From Podarcis erhardii (taxonomy: Eukaryota), in NCBI GenBank assembly GCA_964252035.1, contig OZ176205.1: a stretch of 64,000 nt of DNA; one strand, 5' to 3'. Below the pieces are notes generated by a model. That model worked only from the letters and a program-made list of their open reading frames with translations, did not search any database and was not told the DNA's origin. Positions 1 through 11,706 of the stretch are shown here, one piece after another. Made by a program: the position numbers and the translations under genes. Numbering within the stretch: position 1 is the stretch's first letter; the number at the start of each line of letters is the position of its first letter.

Positions 1-39
1 GTCTAAGCATCAAACAACTAAAAAAGCATGTAATAAGCG

Positions 40-40
<1 letters not shown>

Positions 41-88
<48 letters not shown>
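41..88. repeat. compound microsatellite (TC)12(AC)12
   Basis: Read directly from the sequence. Confidence 0.95.
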
Positions 89-135
89 AATGGCCAATAC
101 TGTTGAAGCTGACAGCCCTGATTGTTTGTTTACCA

Positions 136-270
136 CAGGGTTCCGCAAACTTTGGTCTCCAGCTGTTTTGGACTACAACTCCCATCATCCCTAGCTGGCA
201 AGACCAGTGGTAGGGGATGATGTGAATTGTAGTCCAAAAACAGCTGGAGACCGAAATTTCAGAATCCCCG
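136..270. mobile_element. palindromic hAT (Charlie-like) MITE
   Basis: Starts CAGGGTTCCGCAAACTT. Long internal inverted repeat (GGTCTCCAGCTGTTTTGGACTACAA ... TTGTAGTCCAAAAACAGCTGGAGACC). 8-bp TSD gtttacca/gtttagca (7/8). Confidence 0.8.
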
Positions 271-619
271 GTTTAGCAGGAGGAAGGAGGCATCTGACTG
301 AATTAGCCCCATACCCCTCCACTACCAATAGATCTGTTGCCATCAGAACATGTAGCACTGATTACATTTTAGACCACTTATATTTGATGTACAAGCATCT
401 CACATACACATTTGTAACACTACAGTTAGGGGTCTTAGATACCCCTCCCCCCCCAGCCTGTTGTATTGCGGGTTGTCAATCCATGTGCAGATTCCTGTTA
501 CTGAATATCTAACTGCAACAGTGGCTGAGTTTTTATCAATAGTATTTCTCAGACTGGTGAATGGCACTATTTAGTGGAAAGAAACTCCAATGAAAATCCA
601 CATTACATATTTTTACATG

Positions 620-710
620 CATAGCTGTCAACTTTTCCCTTTTTTAAAGGGAAAATCCTATTAGGAATAAGGGAATTTCCCTTTTAAAAAGGGAAACGTT
701 GACAGCTATG
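620..710. mobile_element. 91-bp hAT-type MITE
   Basis: Perfect 13-bp TIR CATAGCTGTCAAC/GTTGACAGCTATG and perfect 8-bp TSD tttacatg (612-619, 711-718). Confidence 0.9.
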
Positions 711-1227
711 TTTACATGGCTGTTAATTTGTATATATTTTTTAAAAAAATTATATATGGATGTTTTATGATGGGCTATATTTGTAATGCCTAATAAAGGT
801 TTGGCAAAGTAAGTTATCTCTTGATCAGGGCATGGAAGTACAGGAGAAGTTATGAAAAAGAAACTGAGAAATCCCAACAACATATTTTTTTTTGTGTGTG
901 TGTGTGTGTTCAGGGTTTTAATTAACTTTATATTTATAGTGGTGAGGGTTCTCTGAGGTCACCTGTTTAAGCAGAATACCTAACTCCTTAGATAAACCTG
1001 TTTTATTTTACAAATATATCATACATAAATATCCACATCCAGTATTACCAATAGTGCAATCCTGTACATGTCTATGCAAAAGAAACTCCCATTTAGTTCA
1101 AAATATTTACTCCCATGTGAGTTTATATAGGGCTGCAACTAATTCATCTTAGGTTCTGTTTGGTTTTTTAAACTTGTGCCTATATGACAATTTTCTAATC
1201 TACTCTTCATTTTTTAAACCTATCCAG

Positions 1228-1287
1228 TTGCTCCAAAATTAGCTTTGTCTACTGTTTCTTCTGTTCAAGTTGCAAACCACAAAAGAG
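1228..1287 (+). CDS. NTNG1: NTNG1 alternative 60-nt cassette exon (Ukd region, exon 7 in the human isoform scheme as I recall it); encodes (V)APKLALSTVSSVQVANHKR
   Basis: Branch-like TTCTAAT at 1193-1199, pyrimidine tract and ccag acceptor (AG 1226-1227), donor AG|gtagga at 1288. Phase 1/1, 20 codons. The peptide matches the recalled mammalian netrin-G1d Ukd segment. Confidence 0.9.
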
Positions 1288-4193
1288 GTAGGAATTCTTG
1301 CATTCATACAGTGGTTTCCTAGCGTTTGTCCTGTGTTGTGTAACAGATTGCACTGTATGAATCTGGAATAACTGTGATGTGGTGTCTAGTATCATCCCAT
1401 TAGTGAGCACAAAAGAAAGAATTAAGCATTGCTAAGGACATGAACCACAAAAGGGGCACATAAAAATGATTCCTAGGCTGTGTCATGTTTGTAAGCCACC
1501 AGGGATATATTACTGATGAGCAGCCACTATACACACACACACACACACACACTCTAAAATAAAATTACAGCAATCATATTTTTGACAGAATTTATTATGA
1601 ATGATATTGTAGCTGTTGGGGGGGGGGAGAATGTCCTCTAGATTGTGTTACTAATTTGATACAGTAAATGCGAAACTATAATCCAGTAAAGTACAGGCAA
1701 GTGAATCATGCAGAATTGATTCCATTATATGCCTTTGACAAACAAAACAATCATTGGGCAGTAGCCAGCTAAGCAGTTCTACTAGCACAAGGACTTTTAA
1801 CTGCACAGTAGAACTTCCCCACCTTCCCATCTCTCCACACAACCCCTAAATCTGCTCTGGAGAGTTAGCGGAACCCCTGAACCGATTGAAGGGTTTGAGA
1901 GAGAAGAGAATGCAGTTAAAAGTCCTTGTGGAACTGTTCAGTTGCACTTGAATGTTATAGCCAATATATAACATCCATTCCCTGACCCCCACCCCGGAGT
2001 AAAACTTTCTCACACCTTTTATGGAAACATGGGGTACAGTCCACCAGAAATTATTCTCACACAAAGTACATTGAAATGAATCGTTGCATCATTTTTTTTG
2101 GTAGCTACATTTTTTTTCAGTGGAGTTTAACTGATGTGAGCAGTATTGCACCACACACACAGTAAACTGCACTCATCTTTTTGGGAAGTTGCTTGAGCAT
2201 CCTCAGTTGTTTTGCTTAAACAGAATCGTGTGTTTTTTCCTTGAATTTTGCTTTAAGCAAAATTTGGTAGAAATTCTAGTCTTGAACTTCCTGGTGAACC
2301 GGCTGCATCCATCGGATTCCATGTGCCCTGATATGGTTTCAATATTTTATCAAAATAATGGAATTATATTGACATTTTAAAAGCATAGCACAATTGCCTT
2401 GACAGCTCCCAGACAGTATGCCCCAGCTGAGCATCTGTCATTTATAGACCAGAACTATTTTTGCTATTTTTCACTTCTCAATTTTATTTGTTTAAGCATG
2501 TGAACAACACATTGCAATATTTGTGTAAGCCAAGCTATTGTTCTCAATATGTCCTTAGTCATGGGATGAGAGTTGCCAAGGCATATGGGCTGATTAAAAC
2601 AACAACAACAACCCTTGACCTTTGTTTTGCCCCAGGGGATGGATAAATGACCTACAATATGAACCTGGATTATTTCTAATGTAGAAATTTTAAGCTGATA
2701 ATGAAAAATATATTTGTTTCCATATTTATATTGTACAAGAGAAGAATAAGAAAGTTTGATATAGCGTGGGGACAGTGGCTTTAAAATGTTTTTTATATCA
2801 TCATAGGATAGTGTTACTACAATGGTAGCAAGAAATGGAAATGTTCGTTTTTGGGGATTTCCTTCCATTGAGCATTTTCAAGCCCTCCATTGCTGCTTCA
2901 ACCGCTAAGCACAACCGAAAACAGAAGAGGTGGTTCTTCTATAGGAATAACAAAGTATTAAAAGAAGGGAAAGGAGGAACAATATTGCAAGGGATTTATT
3001 GCACCTGTAACTTAGTAAAGTGTAACCCTTTGGGAAGTGAGGGCCATAGTCTGTTTTGTCCCTGAGCAGCTGCTGCAGTGGACTGAATTTTATATCTCTG
3101 ATATAGCTGTGGCAAAGTGGGACAAGTGGACCAGAGGCACTGCACAACATTTTGGAGCTCTCACATCCCTCTCCCTTCTGCTGTTTTGAAATTGAAAATC
3201 CCAAGTTCCACTCCCCCGCAATGGGCTGCTGGAAGGAAAAGTGGAGTCAACACACCATTTTTTTTGTCTGTAATAGTACAACAAACTAAATCAAAAAGCT
3301 AGTGAGAAAAGCTGAGCAGAAATCTCAGGGACAAATATGGAAGATGGGGTTAAAATCCGGCACATCCCAAGTGGGGGGAACCATCTATCTTCCTTTGAAT
3401 TCTTCTGTGGTTGTTCACACCCCTAGTTACCACCACCAGGTTGCTGAAAGAGGCAGCACCAAATTGGGTGTGGGGGGGGGAGTGTCTTTTGTGTCTTCTG
3501 GCACTGTGCTGCATATCAGAATGCTGGGAGATATAAATGGTGGCCTCTTCCAAGTTTCAACGAATTGGGGAGCGGGATTGTAACTTTACAGATAAAGTTG
3601 TGAAATGATATTAAGTTGAATCAGACATACCAACAAGCCATATAATTATAGGTGTATAAAGGTTCTCAGAAGGTTCTATATTCTAAGAAATTAAAATTAT
3701 ATCGAGATTTACCTACAGAATATTGACATGTGCTTGTATAAAGACAAGTCCACAAAATTTCCTTGGTTGCATGGATGGCCAATTCATTTGTTTCTTTTCT
3801 AGCTCAGTGCTACAGAAACTGTGCAGATAAAAGAAGTTTATGCCTTTCAACTTTTTGTTTTTATCTATTTTGTATCCAGAATAGGGTGAGAGAGCTCTAC
3901 CATTACCTGTAGACATGCTATTCCAGCAACATCAGAAATTCCCAGTCACGTGGGAAAAACCAACAACTTGGTTCTCTTCCACAAAGAGCATCACCTCTTT
4001 CGGTAACTGGGGGAACAGTAGTTCCCATTCCCCTAAGGCCATTTCAGAAACAGCTGTAGATAGCATTTCAAGTGGTTTATGGCAGCCTCCCTCTTCACTG
4101 CACCCAAAGCCCCTTTCATGGCACATCTCTGGTGTTCCGGAGCTTCTCTTGAACAATAGTAAAATGAGGTCCTAACCTGCTACTGGCCTAGCA

Positions 4194-4540
4194 AGGACGC
4201 AGGTGGTGCTGTGGTCTAAACCACTGAGTCTCTTGGGCTTGCTGATCGGAAGGTCAGCAGTTTAAATCTGCGGAATGGGGTGAGCTGCTGTTTCTGTGTC
4301 CCAGTTCCTGCCAACCTAGCAGTTTGAAAGCACACCAGTGCAAGGAAAGGTAAACAGCATTTCCATGCACTCTGGCTTCTGGGATGGTGTTCTGTTGCAC
4401 CAGAAGCGATTTAGTAATCCTGGCCACATGACCCAAATGCAGTCTCCCTCAGCATGAAGTGAGATGAGCACCATACCCCATAGTTGCCTTTGGCTGGACT
4501 TAACCATCCGAGGGTCAGTTACTCTTCTTCTTTTTACCTT
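4194..4540 (+). mobile_element. Sauria SINE (Squam1), diverged copy
   Basis: Head GGACGCAGGTGGTGCTGTGGTCTAAACCACTGAG, core CCTGCCAACCTAGCAGTTTGAAAGCAC, TTTACCTT tail. TSD actggcctagca (4182-4193) / actgccctagca (4541-4552). Confidence 0.9.
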
Positions 4541-6667
4541 ACTGCCCTAGCACAGCAGGTTTTGTAAGGTGTCAGCTGCTAAGAACCATAGAGGTGGGCT
4601 GTGATATTTTCGCTATCTCCAGTTCCTGATTTAAATGTAACACCCACCCCCCACCGCCCGGTTATCATAGTGGAACTATTCTTTTCTCCCCGCAATATAT
4701 GTTGTTGTTGTTTTTGCTGTAATTATGTAAATGTTATTTGTATGTCAACCAATTACAAAGGAAGTTTGATTGTTTTTCCCTCAGTCTACATCCAAGCACA
4801 GCTTGATTATTTCAAGACGTGTTCTTTGTATCTAAAGGACACAATCCAGCCATAAAATACTTTTAGGTCCTATTCATTTCAGTGGGAAGCTTGCCTGGAA
4901 TATAAGCAAGGAACACAGTGGGAATTAATTCTGAATGAACATGGGAATTACTTCTGAATAAACATGCATAGGATTTCTCTGTAAATCTAACTGGCTGAAA
5001 TCAATAGAACTTGTTTCATGCTTCGCATTGACTAGATTGTGCCCAAACTGTTTATTTTGGTGATGCAGTTACAATGGTAGCATCACTTCCATTTTTAAAA
5101 AAGAATTCACATTGTTCATGCCTTATAGTAACAGAGGTTGTATAGTGGTGGTTGTCACTTGTAATGACTGGTATGCTATTTTAGATATTCCAAGTACTAT
5201 GGAATTTTTTAGTACCTACTCTTTGAAAACAACAACTTTTAACTACCTCTCAATTTAAAATTATGCAACAGATTGTTGTTGGTTTGCAGAGTGGTGGAAA
5301 TTATTTGCAATATGGCCTTAGAGTTTGGCCAATGGGTTTGGCCAGTGTGGTTTTAGTGTGAATCATGCCAGAATGACAGAAAATTGCTCTGTTGTAACAA
5401 AAGCCAGATCCCATGGATATTGGAGAAATGAGCATGAAAGTATATTGTGCATGGAATTTGAGGTTAAAATAGGGCAAGTGTATTCTTTTCTGGACAATGT
5501 ATCTCTTTAAGAGCTTGGACAATAACTGCAGCTCCACAGGTATGTTTAACTTTACAGTGAAGAAAGAAACAACACCTGTTCACTTACATTTTGCTTTGGG
5601 ACTCTAAAAGGGACATGTTACCTGTTTTAGCTAGAAACCTTAGGGCTGAGAGACCTGTGCTGTCAATTCACAGTATTCCTTTATTTCTCCATCATATGTT
5701 ACCTGAATGTCAAAAGAGCCCCTTTCCTTTGGCTTTGCTAGGTCCTACCCATACTGCTCTGATTTGGTAGTTAGAGGAATATGTCCGGTGTCTGGGTTCT
5801 AAAGTGCCTGTCCTTGTAGGACTGCATTGCCATTTTTGCTTAAGTGAAGGCTGGCTTTGATAGGTAAAAGGTGCATGGCATGGCCAACCTGATGTGCAGA
5901 CAACTCTACTTTATGTTGGTGAGGTTCCCCATGAAAGATCCTCTTGTGGTGAGAGAAACCAATACTGCCAACCTGAAGTGAAAGTGAATGTGCGTCAGAA
6001 GGGCTTTATTCTTGTTCAGCACGTCCAAAATACTCTTAGTCATGTGCTTGAAAAGTCAGAGTCACTAATAAAGAGGCAGAGTAGGCAACATGAGGCAACA
6101 TTATAATTTGCTGAGCAGCTTTGCCATTTCAAGGATCACGGCCATTAATTAGCAATTGACTTCGTACTTAACAATCCAGTGTTTTCCTCCTAAATGACTC
6201 TCTTAAATTCACAAAGGGAAAGAGGTCTGTCATGGAAAACTCCTCTGCCTTTATTACATGCATTAATTCCGTGTCCAGGAGAGGATAGTCATCAGACAGG
6301 ACTCAATAGGTAACAGGGGCTCACTGTATTAAAAAAAATAAAATAAAAAAATTCAAGACAACAGCTGCTCAAAGCATAACTGGAAGGACAGCTCTTCTTT
6401 ATAAAGCTTCAATTAAGAAATTGAATAATTGATGAAAAACTTTTTTCTTCTTCCAGGAAGTTCCAGGCTAATGTGGTTGGGGAAAGTTGCCTTGGGTTCT
6501 GTTCCATGCCGTTTTTCCCCCTTCACTGTTACAAGTCTCCCATCTTGATTAGGATCAATATCCAGAAGTTCTCTCCAAGATGGCCATGGTCATTCAGTCA
6601 GGTGAATCAGCTGCTAACCCAGTGATGAGCACGTTGCTTGATATGCCTGCCACCACTGGTAAAATGC

Positions 6668-6848
6668 CTAGGAAGCTGCCATAAACCAAGTCAAACCATT
6701 AGCCCAATGAGTTCAGTCTTGCCTTCGCTGACTGGCTGGAGTGCCTCAACTTCAGACAGGGTTCTCTCCCAGCCCTACCTGGAGATGGCAGGAACTGAAC
6801 CTGGGATCTTCTGCACACAAAGCTATCACTGAGCTTTTGCTCTTCCCC
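6668..6848 (-). mobile_element. tRNA-derived squamate SINE (Squam2-like)
   Basis: Reverse complement begins GGGGAAGAGC...GCTCAGTG...GCAGAAGATCCCAGGTTCAGTTCCTGCCATCTCCAGGTAGGGCTGGGAGAG and ends GGCAGCTTCCTAG. Family name from recollection. Confidence 0.7.
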
Positions 6849-7566
6849 ATAAGCACTTAATAAGAGAGTTCCAACTCTCTTGCATTGTCTGTATAGCCAT
6901 TTCATGTGATAAGCTGACTGTGCAAATGCAGCATTCTTGCCTAATATAGTGTGATAAGAGCATGGCTTCATCTAGCTATTTAAATGTAGACTGGTAATTC
7001 TAACTAACACTTAATTTGAAATAAAATATGGGAGTTATCACAGAGCTGTCAGAATTCTATACTCCAACAAGAAAGAGGGAAATGTTGCAGCTAGTAACTA
7101 GCAAGCATAAGATTTTGGTCCAACGCAGCAGAGACATAAATATGAAGGCATTGGGCTACATTTTTCTATCAGCAAGAGGTGATACCTGTCATTTGAATGC
7201 CTTGTCCCAGTGACAGATTTCTATCTTGCGTTTTCCTTGACTTCTCCATAGCTAAAGAGTTAGTTCACATGTTGAATTTTTACTTTCATGCACCCGGAAC
7301 CTGGTCTATTGAAGGAAATAAGTCTCCATGATACTCCAGGGCACAAGGTTTACCAAAACAGGCAGTTGCATGTACATCAAGCATCCACTTCCTTCTTTAG
7401 CTGTCAAACATCTTCAATCAGTATCCCCCCAGTTCCATTCATCCCGATTCATGGTGGGCATTTTGAGGGGAACAGTCAGTGAACATGTGATGGGAGGCAC
7501 CACACATTAAGGTGGAAATAAAAGTCATTCACATTCCAAGTGGCAACGCCACTTATACCACACATG

Positions 7567-8165
7567 TTTGTTTTATTTATTTAAGGATTTCTATCTCATC
7601 CTTCTAAGAATTCTCCAGGGCAGATAGACAACGTATATAAACAAAATAGAAACAATAAAAAACTAAAAACAATTAAAAATTCATATAAGCATAGCATAAA
7701 ATCAGATTCTCCAGGGATGAATATGGTTTTAAAGGCCTGGGGAAATGAAATTGATTTCATCTATTGCCAGAAAGATAGCAGAGTCAGTGCCCAATAAATC
7801 TCCCCAAGGAGAACATTCCATAACTGGTGCATCACCACCAAAAAGACCCTTCTCACCTCAGATGGTGGAATACCTAAGGGAAAGTCTCTGAAAACTACCT
7901 TAATGTATGTGCAGGCTGAAGTAGAGTCAGGTGAGCTTCAGGTACCCGAGACTTAAGTCATGCATGGCTCAATTCACTACTCCTTTTAACTGAACTGGAA
8001 ATTGATTGGGAGCCAGTGCAGCTATTTAAGCACTGATGAGCTATGAACCCAACGCCCATTCTCATCATTTTAGTAACTGTATTTTGAACTAACTAAAGAC
8101 CATCAAAGACCGCCTCATATAAAATGCCACAAAGCAATCTAACCAAGAGGTTACAAGAGAATGGA
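7567..8165 (-). mobile_element. degenerate L2 LINE 3' fragment
   Basis: Minus-strand translation near 8050-8165 (IHSLVTSWLDC...LVQNTVTKM) resembles L2 ORF2 VHALVTSRLDYCN...LQLVQNAAARL. TTTA-rich 3' tail at about 7570. Confidence 0.65.
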
Positions 8166-8790
8166 TTACTAGGACTAGGCAATGTCTGTCAGAAGGGGTC
8201 ATAGCTGAAATGTGTCAGCTGCGGCAGAGGGCACTCCAACTTGTGGAGGCCACATGGGCCACCAGAGGCAAAGGTGGACTAATTAGCACAGCAAAGCTGC
8301 AAATGTGGTCCTTCAGGGGGAGGGCAAGCCTATCCACCCAAAAAAGTGCATTTAGCCTTCAACATGTATCATGAGAAATTCTCAATAACGCATTCAGCTT
8401 CTGGCAAAATCACCAGGGTTTTTGTATTTATTTATTTATTTTTTTAAAGGAGGCTATGATGGCACATTGAGCAAAAGCCATCCCACAAAACCCATGAAAG
8501 GTTTACAGCTGCAAATGCTTCTGCTCCATTAGACCTACAGATTATAATACTACTCTCAGTGCTATGTAATGGATGTCTAATCATTCTAACCTGCCTGAAA
8601 AGAGATACCACCTTCATACAGTCAGACATCTGTGGTTGTCCATGTACGCTACTGTAACGTTAATTAACATGTTGTGCTGCTGTTCATTCATAATCTATTC
8701 ATGCTTCATTTATTTTTTAAAAAAGAGCATGTGAATTGCTATAACTGCTGCAGAATACCCTTTGTGTACATTTTTGTTCTTCCTTGCAAG

Positions 8791-8958
8791 ACTGTGAATG
8801 CTTCGGCCACTCCAACCGGTGCAGTTACATCGATCTGCTCAGTGCATTCATTTGTGTGAGCTGTAAACACAACACTAGAGGGCAGCACTGTGAGTTGTGC
8901 AGGCTGGGCTACTACAGAAATGCTGCAGCAAAACTGGACGATGAAAATGTATGCATAG
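8791..8958 (+). CDS. NTNG1: NTNG1 laminin-type EGF exon (168 nt): (D)[55 protein letters not shown]
   Basis: Acceptor ttcttccttgcaag|AC, donor ATAG|gtcagt. Phase 1/1 with LE-domain cysteine spacing. Confidence 0.96.
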
Positions 8959-11233
8959 GTCAGTTTCATTCTAATTCTGGCGTTTCGTTCTCTGCCCTTT
9001 AGACCCGAATACAGTTCATAAATTGCACTGACCAAACCAAATTCAGCCTACCAGTTCTGTATTGTAGGCTGCCAGGGGATTGATAGCCCTATTTTTATTA
9101 TTTTTGCAGCACAGCATTATTATAATTGTTGCTATTGATACTGTTTTTTACTTTGTTATCCCCCATTTTTGTCCATAGTAGGCTGTCATGCTTTGTTGGG
9201 TTACAAATTCTGCAAGACTGCCATAAGGTCATGAAGTTAAATGTGTTTTCCTAATCAGCCATCAACTCCAGCTCCTTGCCAATGCACGATTCTGTGCACA
9301 TAAACTATAGATGGTACTTGTTTGCCAATTCCTTTCTTCAAATAGAACATCATTAGTCAAGTACAATATACTGCATAGTCTCAAAAAAAAAAAAATGTTA
9401 CACTACAGCAACAACCATTTCCTTCAGACATTGTTTAGGGAGCATCATTGTCAATTTCCCAGATCAACATTTATCATAAATATAGCCTCACTCTATGGTC
9501 ATTAGCTACCAAATTGTCTTAAAACCATGATCTGCTGAGGAGGTTCTATGTTGTTTTTTAATTGCACCTCTGAGACCCCTGTATTGTATTACTTAAACAA
9601 ACAAACTTTTGTGCTTGGATTAGAATTTCCTCTATCTACCACAATGCCTTCTATCATTTATACAGAGAGATTTTTTTTATTTTAGCAATTTAAAGTATAT
9701 TTTGTGCAATAAAAATACAACAGATCCACATTAATCTAAATTTTTTAAATAATCATGGTAGGGTGAGGTGTCAATCACAACTTATTTTGCTCTCATGCAC
9801 ACAGCACACAGAAACATGCATGGACATACAATATAATGCTCACATCCCTTTTAAAGTCATTTGGTGCTAAGTGAAACGAAAAGATTGATTCCTTTTAACT
9901 TAATTATGCTGCACTAATCCTAACTACGTGTGTATGACAAGTAACAAGACAGCCGCTCATACTGCCCTGCTCAATACAATTAACACATCCGACAAGCACA
10001 GGTCTTTTAAACAGAGCATCATCTGCTAATTAGCGCTTGATAGAGACAAGGAATTATCTTTCTGATATCAGAGGTATGTGCCTAGCTTCAGAGATCTGTG
10101 AGGAAATTACCTCATAGCTTCCTCCTTTTGAACTGGAAACGGGCAGGAGAAAAGGGCACCAAGTACCCCAGCTAGTGGAGTCTGAGTGGGCTCATTTAGA
10201 GCAACTCTCTGAAGCAGGACAACAACCAATTGCCTATGTAAGAGTTTTGGATCAAGGCCAGCAGGGAACCTAACTATTTGTATAGCTAAAGAACTGGCTG
10301 GACTTGGAAAAAGCCAGCTTGGAAGGAAGGAGAGATAGAAACTTGAGTGCACCACTGGCAGGACCCTGGTCTTCCAGACAGTGGTTCACTGAGAAATGCC
10401 AGGACTCTATCTGGAAATCATAGCTTAGGGCCCCTTTCTTAAACATATGGAGATGTTGGCCCAGCTCCCACAAAAATCAGCACCCTTCGATGATGGAGAA
10501 ACTTTCTCCTTACTGTCTTCAGCAACCTAAGCATCAGAAGCAAATTTTTTTAGGTTCCAGTGGTACCTGGGTTTTTGCATTCTGATTAGGCGCGTCGAGC
10601 AATTGTATTTAACATTTTCTCATTGGCTTCTGCACTTACAGTTGTGTACAGAAGATTCATGATCCTGATCCTATCTATGTGCATGTTTGCATTCATGAGG
10701 AGAGCATTAGTATGAAACAGGTTGCAACAGATTTATAGCCACAGCGTTGTCCCCCCCCCAATTGTGTTCACACTTTCCTGTTGCCATATCACAATGACTG
10801 GCTGCAGCGGTGTGTAGGTTAATGTTCGGGGGGGTACCTCCTGGCTGCAAAGGGGCAACCCCAGAACAGTAATTTATATGGAGATGCAGTGGGCAGCCTC
10901 AGCACAGATAATTTGGTTTGCGTTTCTCTGCAAAGCCAGAACAGCAAAATGTGCAAGCAGCATTTGAAGGTGCATAGGAGCAATTAGTTGTGTGATTGAT
11001 TTCTTGTGCTGAACAGGAAGGTATCTTGTGTCACACTAAGATGCCTCATTTGACAGTTCAGGAATGATCAGCCATGCTGCATATGTGGGCAGCATGTCCA
11101 GTCCTTAATACTTCCTTGGCACATAACTCACTTTGCACGAGTGAAATCTGCCTGGGGCTGGATCTAGACAAGTCAAAGAAGTGTTTCAGTTAAATGTGTT
11201 ATAAACTTAGTGTGAGAAATCGGGTTGACTCCA

Positions 11234-11252
11234 CATCGCCATCTGGTGTCAC
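11234..11252 (-). promoter_or_regulatory. candidate CTCF site
   Basis: Minus strand TGACACCAGATGGCGATG is close to the CTCF core CCACCAG(A/G)(T/G)GGCG and retains its CpG. Confidence 0.35.
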
Positions 11253-11664
11253 AGTGTTAGAATATAACGCATATAAAATGCTCTTTCTTTGCCAATGTAG
11301 CTGAATCCAAGGTGAAATACTAGCACCATTTAAGTCAATGCCAAACTTTTGTTGACTTTGGCAATGACAGAATTTCTCCCTCCATTTGTTAAACGAGGTA
11401 AAGGCCAATCAGCTCTTATTTCCATGTAAACATCTGACTTTAAATACATTTATCCACCTCTGACAACCTTGGTTCTGAAGCCATTTAAAAGTAAGTTCTG
11501 ACTATCAATTTCATTCGGAATTGTCCCTTTTTTCTCCTGTGACATACCACATGGTTGGATGCCTTTGCCAAGAGCAAAATTCTCAGTAACTTTGTTAATG
11601 TATTGCAGATAACCAACTGACAGGATTATCATTATTTCAATTGGCACATTTTTCCAAACCACCA

Positions 11665-11706
11665 CCTACGTTCCTTTGGAAATGCCTACGTTCCTTTGGA
11701 AATGCC
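11665..11706. repeat. perfect 20-bp tandem duplication (cctacgttcctttggaaatg)x2
   Basis: Read directly from the sequence. Confidence 0.95.

Noticed and set aside
1-1227. Search for the other Ukd exon (recalled peptide NPPKFNRIWPNISSLEVSNPKQ) and for upstream laminin-N/EGF1 exons
   Set aside because: Not seen in the window; presumably upstream.
1347-1373. Possible micro-exon gtgtaacag|ATTGCACTGTATGA...|gtgatg just after the Ukd exon
   Set aside because: Only 59 nt from the upstream donor, weak donor, and an in-frame TGA. No independent support.
8268-8283. CTCF-like GGCCACCAGAGGCAAA; similar near-misses at about 26117 and 58575
   Set aside because: Each lacks one base of the core spacing.
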